The notes under the pieces were generated by a model. It worked only from the letters and a program-made list of their open reading frames with translations. It did no database searches and was not told the DNA's origin. Positions 50,827-62,543 of a DNA stretch of 64,000 nt are shown here, piece by piece. The DNA comes from Malacoraja senta (taxonomy: Eukaryota): NCBI GenBank assembly GCA_038087875.1, contig JAXLNO010000298.1, positions 1-64,000 of the forward strand. Reading direction: 5' to 3'. The position numbers and the translations under genes are program-made. How positions within the stretch are numbered: the first letter of the stretch is position 1; every line of letters begins with the position of its first letter.

Positions 50827-51229
50827 ACAGAGGCCGAGGTCAGGTTTGAACCCGGGTCTCCAACACCACTGTTTCAGCTCTTCACATTCATAAGTTGTTT
50901 TTGTCCGTAAGTCCGAAAATACTTAAAAATCACTCAATATACACACCATACATCCACCGAATTGGTCAAAGGCTTCAAAAGCACATAACACTGATGGGAA
51001 AGAACAATACAACTACCTTTCCCCCAATGTCCGCAAGACAAAGGAGATTGTTATCGACTTCAGGACGCAAAGAGGTACAAATATCTGTGCCATGGGACTC
51101 CAAAAAAGAGATCAACATCAAGATGAAGATAAAGAGTCAATTAAAGCTAGTGAGTTGGATTCTCTGATTTCATGTTTCATGTTCCCAAACTGTGCAGCAC
51201 AAATGGTCACAAGCTTATCACACAACAGG

Positions 51230-51490
51230 AGCGGCACGGTGGCGCAGTGGCAGAGTTGCTGCCTTACAGAGTCAGAGACCCGGGTTCGATCCTGACTACG
51301 GATGCTGTCTGTATGGAGTTTGGATGTTCTCCCTGCGCCGGCATGGGTTTTCTCTGGGTGCTCCAGTTTCCTCCCACACTCCATAGACCTGTAGGTTTGT
51401 AGGTTAATTGGCTTTGGTAAAATTGTAAATTGTCCCTCATGTGTAGGATACTGCAGTGTCGGCACGTACTCGAGGATCGCTGAGATATTG
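51230..51490 (+). mobile_element. HE1-like V-SINE (3' truncated)
   Basis: GCGGCACGGTGGCGCAGTGG head, GGTTCGATCC, V domain. Confidence 0.85.
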
Positions 51491-52009
51491 AATTCAATAA
51501 CTCTGGGTGCTATTGGAATTTAGTGGATCATACTTTTCCAGCAGTGGAAGGCTATGCCGACCAAGATGTCCCCCTCTAAACCAGTGCCATTTGCCCGCAT
51601 TTGGCCCATATCCCTCTAAACCTTTCCTATCCACGTATCTGTCTAAGTGTCTTTTAAATGCTGCTATAGTACCTGCCTCCTCTGGCAGCTCATTCCATAC
51701 CCCCACCACCATCTGAGTATAGAGGTTGTCCCTCTCTTGCCCCTCTCACCTTCAACCTATGTCCCCTGGTTCTTGATTCTCCTACCCTGGGTAAAGGACT
51801 CCCTGCATCGTCATCTTGATTAGCAATTTTCAAAAAAGTGTTTTGTGGATTTACAGCAGGTGTGCCTCTCACCTGCTCAGACAGGCAGGTTAAAATTGTA
51901 GGCATTAGGATCGACGTGGGATGTTGGTAGGTGAATGTCACCAGAAATGTAACCATTTTTAATAAGCACTCCATCTGTGTCTGTGGATGGTTGCCTAGTA
52001 TACTGTAGA

Positions 52010-52187
52010 ATGTAGTTGAGGCCAGTTCATTGGCTATATTTAAGAGGGAGTTAGATGTGGCCCTTGTGGCTAAAGGGATCAGGGGGTATGGAGAGAAGGC
52101 AGGTACAGGATACTGAGTTGGATGATCAGCCATGATCATATTGAATGGCAGTGCAGCCTACTCCTGCACCTATTTTCTATGTTTCTA
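52010..52187 (+). mobile_element. CR1 3' end of the same young subfamily as 19055-20845
   Basis: About 135 bp essentially identical to 20651-20788. Confidence 0.9.
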
Positions 52188-52503
52188 TACTGCGTAGTAT
52201 TGTCTTAATATGAATGAACAGTGCTGATTTGTTTCTGCAAGTGGCACATGATACCCATGAAATCTTTAACCTGTAATATTCACTTGTGTAGTCTGCCAGT
52301 ATCTTTTTCCCACAAAAATGTCTCAGAGTCTGAAGGGTCCCAACCCAAAACATCACCTATCCATGTTCTCCAGAGATGCTGCTTGACCCGCTTTGTTATT
52401 CCAGCGTTTTGTGTCTTTCTTTTCCCCAACAAACCTGGCTGGATTTACAGTCAGTTTTTAAGCAGAGCAGAAAGTAAATAACAATACATTTATTATTTTG
52501 TTG

Positions 52504-54249
52504 AGGGGCTGTCCCACTTGGGCGACCTAATTGGCGAGTTTAGAAGAGTTTGAAAAAATGACATGTTGAAGACCTCCTTCGAATATGTAGAAGACCAGCT
52601 TCGACTAGCTATGACTAACTTCGGGAAAATTGGACACCGAATAGTGGAGAGTGAAAACGACCTCCTTCGACTATGATGAAGACTATCTACGACAGGCACG
52701 TGCCGTCAGGGTAGGCAAGATAGGCACTGCCTACCCTGACTAAAATTATAAAATGGTAATTATTACATATAAATAGTAAAGGCATGGGAGAATTATGGCT
52801 ACCTAAGAGATCGATCTCTTAGGTAGGCATAATTCTCCGTGCCTTTCATCCGCAATACTTGCAACACGCGAAGGTCTGTGCAGCCCACGTGCCGTCGGCG
52901 CTGCTTCAAGCCGTCAATGACAGGGAGAGCTGAAGGCAGCAGAAATTCTGCCTTTGCAGTACTGCGCATGCGTAGCAGCCGACTGCGCATGCGCAGCGCA
53001 AGTTTCTTGGCAGGTTTTTCAAACATGGTTGGTCATTATCTTAAGAGTATCTTAGGAAACAAAGAGAGAAGAATGAAGTTCGTGTACCGATAATGTGGTA
53101 AGTGAATTTCTTGGTGGTATATGTTTTTAAATACCGTATTTCCCGGGGTGGGGGGGGGGGAAAGAGTTCCTTTCACAGCGTGTGGGGAGTGGCCCAGGGT
53201 AAAGTTGCGGGGAGGGCAGGAGCGTTGTGAAGGAGGGGGTCGGGGATCATGCTCACTGGCCGCTCCTTAAATTCCAACAGCGCGATCAAGGGACCAATTG
53301 AGGTTACTCGGCTGTGGGAATTTAAGGATTTGCAGGAAGCGGCTGACATGAGCGAAGCCGGCGAGCGGCAGGTGAGAGATGTTCAGACGGAGAGCACTGC
53401 CAGAGGTGAGCTGACCGGCAGAAGGCGCTGAAGTGGCGGCCAGTTCTGCTGTCGGGTCCCGGCGGTCGCTCGCAGCCCCCCAAGCTGCTTCTCTCCCGGA
53501 GCGCTGCTGCAGCAGTGACTAAGTGGGTTACTGGCATGATCCCCGACCCCCTCCTTCTCAATGCTCCTGCCCTCTCCGCAACTTTACCCCGGTCAGACTC
53601 TCCACACGCTGTGAAAGGAGCTCTCCCCCCCAATTGGTCCCTTGAATTAGTATTAGTATAAACTTATTAATTCATTCATTCATTATTGTCATTCAATAAG
53701 ATCACAACTGATTCAACTTGTGCTCCCGTTTTTCCCTGCCGTCACCCTCCACCCCCCACCCATTCAGTAATTCTGAATGAAGGAGATTTGGAAGCCTCGG
53801 GCAAATTGAATTGTTACTTTCTTTATTTTTATTTTTTATTTTTACGGAGAGGAGAACAATCTGCGCATGCGCGGTTTAAGATTTTTTTTTTAAGCCGACT
53901 GACTGCCTGAGTAATTACTCACGGCACGTGCCTGATCTACGAATACCTTAGACTACCTTCGACTACCCTCAATTATCTACGACTAACATGCCGACCTACT
54001 ACCACTACATCTTACAGTAAAAAATGTATAGATTTTTTGCATGGCGACCTTTTTTTATTCGCGGGCATTTTTTAACATATTGAAAAAAACGCCGCGACCT
54101 AGCTGAGACCTCGAGTACACGGAAACCACCCTCGAGCATGGAGAGTTACGAAGACCTCCTACGACCTCGTGTCGACCATGCTGCGAGTATGAGTGGAGGG
54201 CAAACTCGCCAGAACTCGCGGATTAGGTCGCCCAAGTGGGACAGGCCCT
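52504..54249. mobile_element. PIF/Harbinger-type non-autonomous DNA transposon (MITE), interrupted by a hAT element
   Basis: TIRs AGGGGCTGTCCCACTTGGGCGACCTAAT and ATTAGGTCGCCCAAGTGGGACAGGCCCT; 3-bp flanks TTG/TTA; internal CGACTA/CGACCT repeats. Confidence 0.8.
52693..53934. mobile_element. hAT-type non-autonomous DNA transposon
   Basis: 14-bp TIR CAGGCACGTGCCGT / ACGGCACGTGCCTG; perfect 8-bp TSD ATCTACGA at 52685-52692 and 53935-53942; no transposase ORF. Confidence 0.9.
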
Positions 54250-55737
54250 TTAGGGTTACATTTGGTGATTTTCATTTGGCTACGATATTTTAAGATTCTT
54301 TGTTGATTACTCGTAAAGGAAGTTGTTCAAGAAATGGTTAAATTTCTCCACCATTTCATGTACTGGAAATTAAGTTTAGATATGCACTGTTATATGTGTG
54401 CTCATTTTTATTTTGTGAAACAAAATAGATTTGTTCTCACTCGGATGTAAAGGGCAACTTGCTGCTCCCACAGTGGGTCAGTGTGTTTACCCGTTATTTA
54501 CGGAGCCATGCAGAATCCCTGGTCTTGTATGAAGTGACGGAGCTAAGGCAACTGTTGGGAGACAGCAGCTGCCGTTGGATTGCTGTGGTAAAAATAAACT
54601 AATGCCTTCATCCCTGGTTGCGATTGAAGGAATACTGAAAAACATGTAGATATGTCATTGAATTTCGATAGGAAGTGGTTCTGCTGAGGCCTTCAATGGG
54701 ACTTTTATCTTCCAAACGGATACAGCTGGTAAATCGAGGCAAATCCAGTGCAGATGTGGGGACCACCCAGGAATGCAGGACATGATTTTGTCTGCAGAAC
54801 AAAGATTGGGCTCCTAAATTTATTTTTTACTTTCTAAGTCGCGCATAGCAGTTGCAATTTTCATGCCAAACCTTGCTATGACTCGCCTTCGGATGTCTTT
54901 TCCGCCACCTTCCCAATTCCTTCTTCGCTTGGTTTCGGGAGAGATCTCCAATGTGACTTGCCTCGTAACATAACTGTGCTTCTTTGAGACATGGGAAGAA
55001 GTGGGAGCAAATAAAGGGCCATGGGTGTATGGAGCGAGCTGCCAGAGGAGGTAATTGACGCAGGGACTGTTGCAACGTTAACAAACAATTAGACAGGTAC
55101 ATGGATAGGACAGGTTTAGAGGGATATGGGCCAAATATGGGCAGGTGGAACTTGTGTAGATGGGACATGTTGGTCGGTGTGGGCAAATTGGGCGCAAGGG
55201 CATGTTTCTACGCTATTTGACTATGACACCTGGGCAAAAGCCACAAAGTCAGGGAGAGAATCTCCAAACGTAGCACTGACGGTACCTTGAGTCAGGATTG
55301 AACTCAGGCCACTGCAAATGTGAGATGCAGCACTAACCGTTCTACTGCCATGCTGCTATGAGCGAAGAAAATTACAAGTTTAGAATCTCCAATGCTTTGA
55401 ACAGAAGAGCAGTGGACTCATGCCACACACCTCTGATCACAGTTGATGTCAGATCAAACTTCATAAGGGTGAAGATAGTGCTGGAGTAACTCAGGCAGCA
55501 TCGCTGGAGAAAAAGGATGGGTGACATTTCAGCCGGGGACCCTTCTTCCTGAGAGCAAACCTGCGGAACGCTACTGGGCTGGATGGAATCCACAGTCTTG
55601 TCCTCAGAAGCTGCACGGACCAGCTGGTTGGAGTATCTGTGGACATCTTTAGCCCCTCCACACTCCATTCTGAAGTCTCCACCTGCTTTAAGATGACTAT
55701 TATTGTCTTGATGCCAAAAAGCAAGGTAGCGTGCAGT

Positions 55738-56027
55738 TGGGCACATTGATGCAGCAGTAAAGTTGCTGTCTTACTGCGCCAGAGATCCAGGTCGATCCTG
55801 ACCATGTCTGTATGGAGTTTCTACATTCACCCAGTGACCGTGTGGGCTTTCCCCGGGTGCTCTTGATTCATCCCACATTCCAGTCGTGCATATTTGTCGG
55901 GTTATTTGGTTCTGTACATTTTTCCTAGTCCGCAGGAAAGAACTAGTGTGAATGGGTGATAGCTGGTCGGCATGGACTCGGTGGGCCGAAGGGCCTGTTT
56001 CCACGCTGTATCCATCAACTAAACTAG
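55738..56027 (+). mobile_element. HE1-like V-SINE
   Basis: Degenerate head, V domain, GGGCCGAAGGGCCTGTTTCC tail. Confidence 0.75.
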
Positions 56028-56539
56028 ACAATAGTGGTCTAAATGTACATGGAAAATGACCAATTAAATGTCGGCTGAGGCTGAGAAACTAAACACGGCA
56101 AGAACCAGCTTTGTCATAATGTAGAATATCAATATTTTGCTATTACTATGGAATCTTTGATTGTGATAGAAAGTGTAACAGTACAAAATAGAATGATCAT
56201 TGTACGCTGTACGTTAAATAATGTAACGCAAAGATAAAATAATTTAAAGATAGAACATAAGAGTAGAAAAGGAACAATGAATATTTTTGGGATGATGTAG
56301 CTTTATGTGCACTCCATCCGTATAATATTTTCTTTTACATTAATTATTTGCTTTCTCTGGGAAATATGACATTATAAGGTTAACGGAGAAGAAATATATT
56401 CATATTACAATGAAACGTTGATTCAGTTGTTACTTTTAGTGACCTAGTTAGGACTGATTCAGCAAATGATTGATACAATGGTGCCTTTGTTCAAAAGACA
56501 AGTTACCTTTATAATTCATAACTGAATCAACTTATCAAT

Positions 56540-56825
56540 GGTAGACTAGCTGCCATACACGTTTACAGCGCCAGATACCCGTGTTCGATCCCGACTACGG
56601 GAGCTGTCTGTACAGAGGTTGTACGTTCTCCCCATGACCATGTGGTTTTTTGCAGAGATCTTCTGTTTTCTCCCACATTCCAAAGACGTACAGGTTTGTA
56701 GATCTTGGTATAAATGTAGATTATCCGTAAATTGTTGGATAGTGTTAATGTGCGGAGATCGCTGGTCGGCGCGGACCCGATGGGTCGACGAGCCTGTTTC
56801 CGCGCTGTATCTCTAAACTAAACTA
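56540..56825 (+). mobile_element. HE1-like V-SINE
   Basis: CAGCGCCAGATACCCGTGTTCGATCCC...CTGTATCTCTAAACTAAACT. Confidence 0.8.
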
Positions 56826-58414
56826 CAACCCAAATTACCATGAAGTTGCAGATCTGCAGATTTCTGATAGTCATTTTAGAATTTTCTTAATTTCAGAGTG
56901 GATTGCATGAATTTTAGATGACCCCATCATACAGGAGTTTGCTTTCCAAGAATACGTTCCGTATTGTAATACAGAGCCATGTCATTTGAGAAAGAAATAC
57001 AAACTAAGAACAAATTAATTGTGTTAATTTTAATTTTTCACGTAAATGCTGTGAGAGTGAAATTTGTTCTGCATCTCAAATCATTGGGTGGTAATTTGTG
57101 AATTCTGCAAAGGGGAGTTTCTACAACTCAATCACCTGCATATCAGAACACAGGAAAACAGGAGGAGGCGTAATCCGTTAGGCCTCCGAAGATGGTCCCA
57201 CCATTCAAATGTGATCATGCCTGATTTTCCTCAGACCTCATCTTCTTTACTGTACCAGTTCCCCATCGTCCTTAGAGTGCTGCATATTGTGATTTGTACA
57301 GGCAAGAATGCATGGAAGTAAAATGAGCAATCAGGTCTGGGAACAGGTAGACTCCAGAGAATAACAAATTGACAGGAAAATATACAGAAAATTTAAGATA
57401 TTGGATTAAAGTCTCAGCTGGTTATAATTTGATTGTGGAATTACAATTTAATTGTATAAATTTAGAGATACACATTACTAATGATGAGAGCAATTTGTAA
57501 GTTTGTTCATTCTCCCTGTGACCACGTGGGTTTTCTTCAGGAGCTTTGGTTTCCTTCCACATTCCAAAGACATGCAGGTTTGGAGGATTATTATCTTTAA
57601 TATGTAGGATAGGATGTGATCATTGGTCTGTGTGGACTCGGTGGACCGAAGGGTCTATTTCCATGTTGCATCTCTAAACTAAACTAAATTGGATCATTAA
57701 ACATATACCACAATACACTAAAGAAAGTGTTTCAATGATGCATATAAGACAATCAAATATATAAATGTCGATAGTTTAACGACAACCACTGACATTTTTA
57801 ATGTGTTGACATTTACATAATTTTGTGATTATTATGGTCTTGCTGATATATAGGTCCTTACTAAGAGCAACAGAAACAGTAGATGAGGTTGGAAGAAGTG
57901 CAGGTGAATCTATGCCTCACCTGAAAGAACTGTCAGGGTCCCCAGATAGAGGAGGTATAGGTACAGGTGGTGCATCTCCTGTTTCCGTGCTGTATCTCTA
58001 AACTAAACTGAACTAAACTAAACAATGATGAAAAACAAAAGCAATCGTGGATTGACCAATGCCGTGGTTAAAACTCCATGGTTGTAATGTTGGTACAAGA
58101 AACCGTGCACTCCCTTACACACGCACTTTTTACTTTTGGATTATGTAATTTAGTTTAGTGCAGAGATACATCGCAGAAACAGACCCTTTGGCTCACCGAG
58201 TCCGTGCTGATTAGCTATCCCCGCACACTAACGCTATCCTAAACAATTTACATTGTTTGGCCTTTGTCCAACCATCTACCAATCACCCCCCCCCCCCCAC
58301 TTGTCCTGCTCCCATCTCTCTTCCAGCATTCTCCTTCCCCACCTCCATCCCCCCCACCACAATCAGACTGAAGAAGGGTCCCAACCCACAACTGTCTGAA
58401 GAAGGGTCTCCACA

Positions 58415-58578
58415 GAAGGATGATAGGGGATCTTATTGAAACATATAAGATTATTAAGGGTTTGGACACGCTAGAGGCAGGAAACATGTTCCTGATGTTG
58501 GGGGAGTTCAGAACCAGGGGCCACAGTTTAAGAATAAGGGGTAAGCCATTTAGAACGGAGATGAGGAAACACTTTTTT
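58415..58578 (+). mobile_element. CR1 internal fragment embedded between Penelope terminal repeats
   Basis: GDLIETYKIIKGLDTLEAGNMFLMLGEFRTRGHSLRIRGKPFRTEMRKHFF. Confidence 0.8.
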
Positions 58579-58853
58579 ACTGCTAGCCCTTGCTGTCCCC
58601 CCCCTTCATCAGCCATCTGGTTGTTTCCTCCCCTCCCCCAGCCCTCGGGCTCCTCCTCCGCCTTTCTCCTTTTTTCCTTTCTTCTCCCCACCCCCTATCA
58701 GTCTGAAGAAGGGTTTCGGCCCGAAAGGTTACCTATTTCCTTCGCTCCATAGATGCTGCTGCACCCGCTGAGTTTCTCCAGCATTTTTGTGTACCAGCTA
58801 TTATACTGTTGTTACTAAGCAGCCCCAGTGGTTTGGGATTGCTAGAACTCTTA

Positions 58854-59318
58854 AGGGTCTGTCCCACTTGGCCGTCATTTGCGCGCCATTTATGCGACCT
58901 CCGAAAATGTGGGCGTCGGGTTGTGATGCACGGGTAGCTTGTGGGTAGCGCGGGATGGGCGCATGGAGAGGCGTGGAGGAGATGGAGTTGCGCGCAGTAT
59001 CGCGCGGCGCTCCAGGATTTCGTGCTGCACAAAATCCTCGCGCGCCACCTGCGAGACGTATCACGTACGCACGCTGACGCATTGGCGTCCCGACATCTCA
59101 CATGTATCGCGTGGTGACGCATGGTTACGTCACCGTGCGTAACCATGCGTCGCCGCATGCCGCATGGTTACGTCACCGGGTATTCTAATGTCGTCACGCG
59201 CACCAGACGGCATGATGACGCGTGATTTGCGCGCAATGTCGTGCGTAACGTGGCGTTGACCTATTTTACATATGACGCGTAAATGAGGCGCAAATGACGG
59301 CCAAGTGGGACAGGCCCG
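58854..59318. mobile_element. PIF/Harbinger-type MITE, CpG-rich
   Basis: About 43-bp TIRs (A/C)GGG(T/C)CTGTCCCACTTGGCCGTCATTTGCGC..; perfect TTA TSD at 58851-58853 and 59319-59321. Confidence 0.9.
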
Positions 59319-59481
59319 TTAGTATCTTACAACTGATAACTCAGTCCAGGTATCTGAAGATGGTGTACATTCTGAATGTTGCATCCCCTTCTTACAACAT
59401 CGAAGGAGACCACTTGGCCCATCGAGTAAATGCTGGCTCTGACAGCAATTTAATTTCCCCATTAATTTTCTGTGTATAGAT

Positions 59482-60417
59482 AATAATAATAATAATAAAT
59501 TTTATTTATGGGCGCCTTTCAAAAGTCTCAAGGACACCTTACAAAGTTTAACAAATAGTAGAAACATGTAATCGGAATGAAATAAATAATAAGGACATCA
59601 TGAGTACACAAATTAAAGAGAATTCAATCCAAAAACAAAAATCAAAAACACAATATGGAAGAGAGAGCAGCGGCTGCTAAAGCGCGCCAGCGTCCACTCT
59701 TCCCTCCAGCAGCCATCTTGGACACAAAATAAAATATCATTTACACACACAAAAAAAATCATCCCCCCACAATGATTACCACTGTGGGGTAAGGCACAAT
59801 GTCCAGTCCCCAACCCCAATTCACCCACAGTCAGGTCTATTGAGGCCTCCACAGTTGCCGCTACGGAGGCCCGATGTTCCTGGCCGTTCTCGCCGGGTGG
59901 AGTTGCCCCGGCGTCGGGGGAGTCCACGCAGCGGCTGGGACGGCCGATCTCCTATTGGAGTCTGTGGCACCTGAAGGCAACAAGGCCGCGCCGATTTGGA
60001 GCTCCGAGGCTCCCGCTGGTCGCTCCATAGTCCCGCAGCCCGGTGGTGTTGAGATCGGTGGTCCAGCTCACCGGAGCTCCAGTCCGTCGATCCAGCGCGG
60101 CGACCCATGCAAGGCATCGCCCGCTCCGCTGCACGATAGCGCTCCAGCGCTGTGCCGCCACCGGAGCTGAAGGTGCTGGGCAGTCCCCGCCAGGAAAACG
60201 CCACTCCACGCCCGCTGGTAGGCCGCAAGGACGGGTCGACGGGGCAGCCCGGAGAAAAAGCTGCCTCACCGACCAGGTAGGGACCTAGTGATAGTTTCCC
60301 CCTTACCCACCCACATTAAAAGTCAAAATTCCCCTAGACATAGACAAGAAAAAACAAACTAAAAATTAAATAAAAAAGTGAATTTAACGGACGGCTGCTG
60401 GTTAGCAGCCGTTCCCA
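59482..60417 (-). mobile_element. Unclassified GC-rich non-autonomous retroelement with L2-type 3' tail
   Basis: Minus-strand end TGTAAGGTGTCCTTGAGACTTTTGAAAGGCGCCCATAAATAAA followed by (TTA)n; CpG-rich body; possible TSD AGAT. Confidence 0.6.
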
Positions 60418-60459
60418 AGATGCACAATGCTGGAGTAACTCAGCGGGTCAGGCAGCATT

Positions 60460-61925
60460 GACATGACGTAAAGATGGCGTCTGCCTGCGGAAACATTTTG
60501 TCAGCAGCTCAACAGCAGAAATCGGTGCCGTTACGGACAAGCTGCTAGTGCACTTGAAGGCAGTAGCGATATCGCGATCTCCCACAGCTGCGGGAGCCCC
60601 CGACTGCAAGCGTTCCCTCGATCGCTGGAGAGTACACGACCCGATCAGAGGTACTGTACCTGGAAATACCCGGAAGACCTCCGGGGCCGACGGGCAAAAT
60701 CTCCCAGCAGCAATGGAGCTGGTGCTGCCGGATGCAAGGGAATCCCCATCCCAGCGCAGGTTCGCAGAACAGCAGGTACAGTAAGTACATTACCTGGAAA
60801 CAACGGGGAAGCCTCCATTGTGTCCGGAAACATGGCCGACGGGCAGGACTTCCGGTCAGACTGAAGCGCAAGGACTTCGACCTCCTCTCCCTACCATCCT
60901 ACTGGCCAATGTACAGTCTCTTGAAAATAAAGTGGAGGACTTAAGGTCAAGGCTGCTTTACCAAAGGGAGCTGAGGGAATGCTCTGTGTTCTGCTTCACA
61001 GAGACATGGCTCACCCCCAGCTCCCCAGACTCAGCAGTCTAGCCTGAAGGTTTCTCCATCCATCGCATGGACCGTACACTGGCATCTGGGAAAGGGAGAG
61101 GAGGGGGCGTCTGCCTCATGGTCAACTCTGCGTGGTGCTCAGACGTGGCAGTCCTGTCCAGCTCCTGCTCTCTACACCTGGAACACCTGGCTGTGAAGTG
61201 CCATCCCTTCTACCTACCGAGGGAATTCACATCCATCATCCTGACTGCGGTCTACATCCCACCTCAGGCTGATGTCCATCTGGCACTGGGAGAGCTGCAC
61301 GCCGTGGTCAACAAGCACCAGATGGCTTACCCCGAGGCATTTACCACCATAGCCGGGGACTTCAACAAAGCCAACCTAAAGAAATCGCTTCCTAACTTCT
61401 ACCAACATGTTTCCTGCAGCACCAGAGGATCAAACACCCTCAACCACTGCTACATCGTGGCTTGGTTCGGTAACTTGAATGTCCAAGAGCGAAAAAGAAT
61501 GCAGAAAGTTGTGACCACTGCCCAGTCCATCATCGGCTCTGACCTCCCTACCATCGAGGGGATCTATCACAGTCGCCGCCTCAGAAAGGCTGCCAGCATC
61601 ATCAAGGACCCACACCATCCTGGCCACACACTCGTCTCTCTTCTACCATCGGGTAGAAGGTACAGGAGCCTAAAAACGGGTACATCCAGGTTCAGGAACA
61701 GCTTCTTCCCCACAGCCATCAGGCTATTAAACTCGCCAACAAACAGACTCTGAACTGTAAAAGCCTATTGCACTTTATCTGTTTATTTATGTGAATATTG
61801 AATTGAACTGAACTGTTCTGTATTTATGCTTACAATATTCTGTTGTGCTGCAGCAAGCAAGAATTTCATTGTCCTATATGGGACACATGACAATAAACTC
61901 TCTTGACTTGACTTGACTTGACTTG
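60460..61925 (+). mobile_element. Rex1/Babar LINE with both ends and internal deletion of RT
   Basis: 5' AAGATGGCG; APE endonuclease (LANVQSL, CFTETWL, GGGVC, VYIPP, AGDFN, TRG..TLNHCY) joined in frame to the C-terminal domain (IVAWFGN...FRNSFFPTAIRLLN); (CTTGA)n tail; TSD AGCATT at 60454-60459 and 61926-61931. Confidence 0.85.
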
Positions 61926-62224
61926 AGCATTTCTGAAGAAGGGTCTTGACCTGACTCGAAACGTTACCTATTCCTTTTCTCCAGAGATGTTGCTTGACCT
62001 GCTAAGTCTATGTTCAGTTGAAACCAGCATCTGCAGTGACCTCCTACAAATTCTCTGTACAACCTATTCTCATCAACTATGCCTGGATTCTACCATTTAT
62101 CTACCCAAATTGGTGCATAAAAGTGCATTCTAATAGGGCAACAGCAATTATTTAAGTCAATGACCTCTGCTGAAAATCTTTGCCATTTACTTTAGTAAAT
62201 TTCTGCCAATGCAACTTTTTACTT

Positions 62225-62543
62225 TTAGTTTAGTTTAGTTTAGAGATACAGCGCGGAAACAGGCCCTCCGGCTCACCGAGTCCACATCGACCAGCGATCC
62301 CCGCACATTAACACTATCCTGCACACACTAGAGACAATTTATATTTATACCAAGCCAATTAACCGACAAACCTGTACGTCTTTGGAGTGTGGGAGGAAAT
62401 CAAAAATCTCGGAGAAATCCCATACGGTCATGGGGAGAACATACAAACTCCATACAGACAACCCCCGTAGGCGGGATTGAACCTGGGTCTCTGGCGTGGT
62501 AAGCACTGTAAGGCAGCAACTCTAACGCTGTGCCATCGTGGCA
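62225..62543 (-). mobile_element. HE1-like V-SINE (full length)
   Basis: (TTTAG)n tail through reverse-complement tRNA head. Confidence 0.85.

Noticed and set aside
58733..60288. Many overlapping ORFs in GC-rich stretches
   Set aside because: They lie inside non-coding transposon bodies; high GC explains the open frames.
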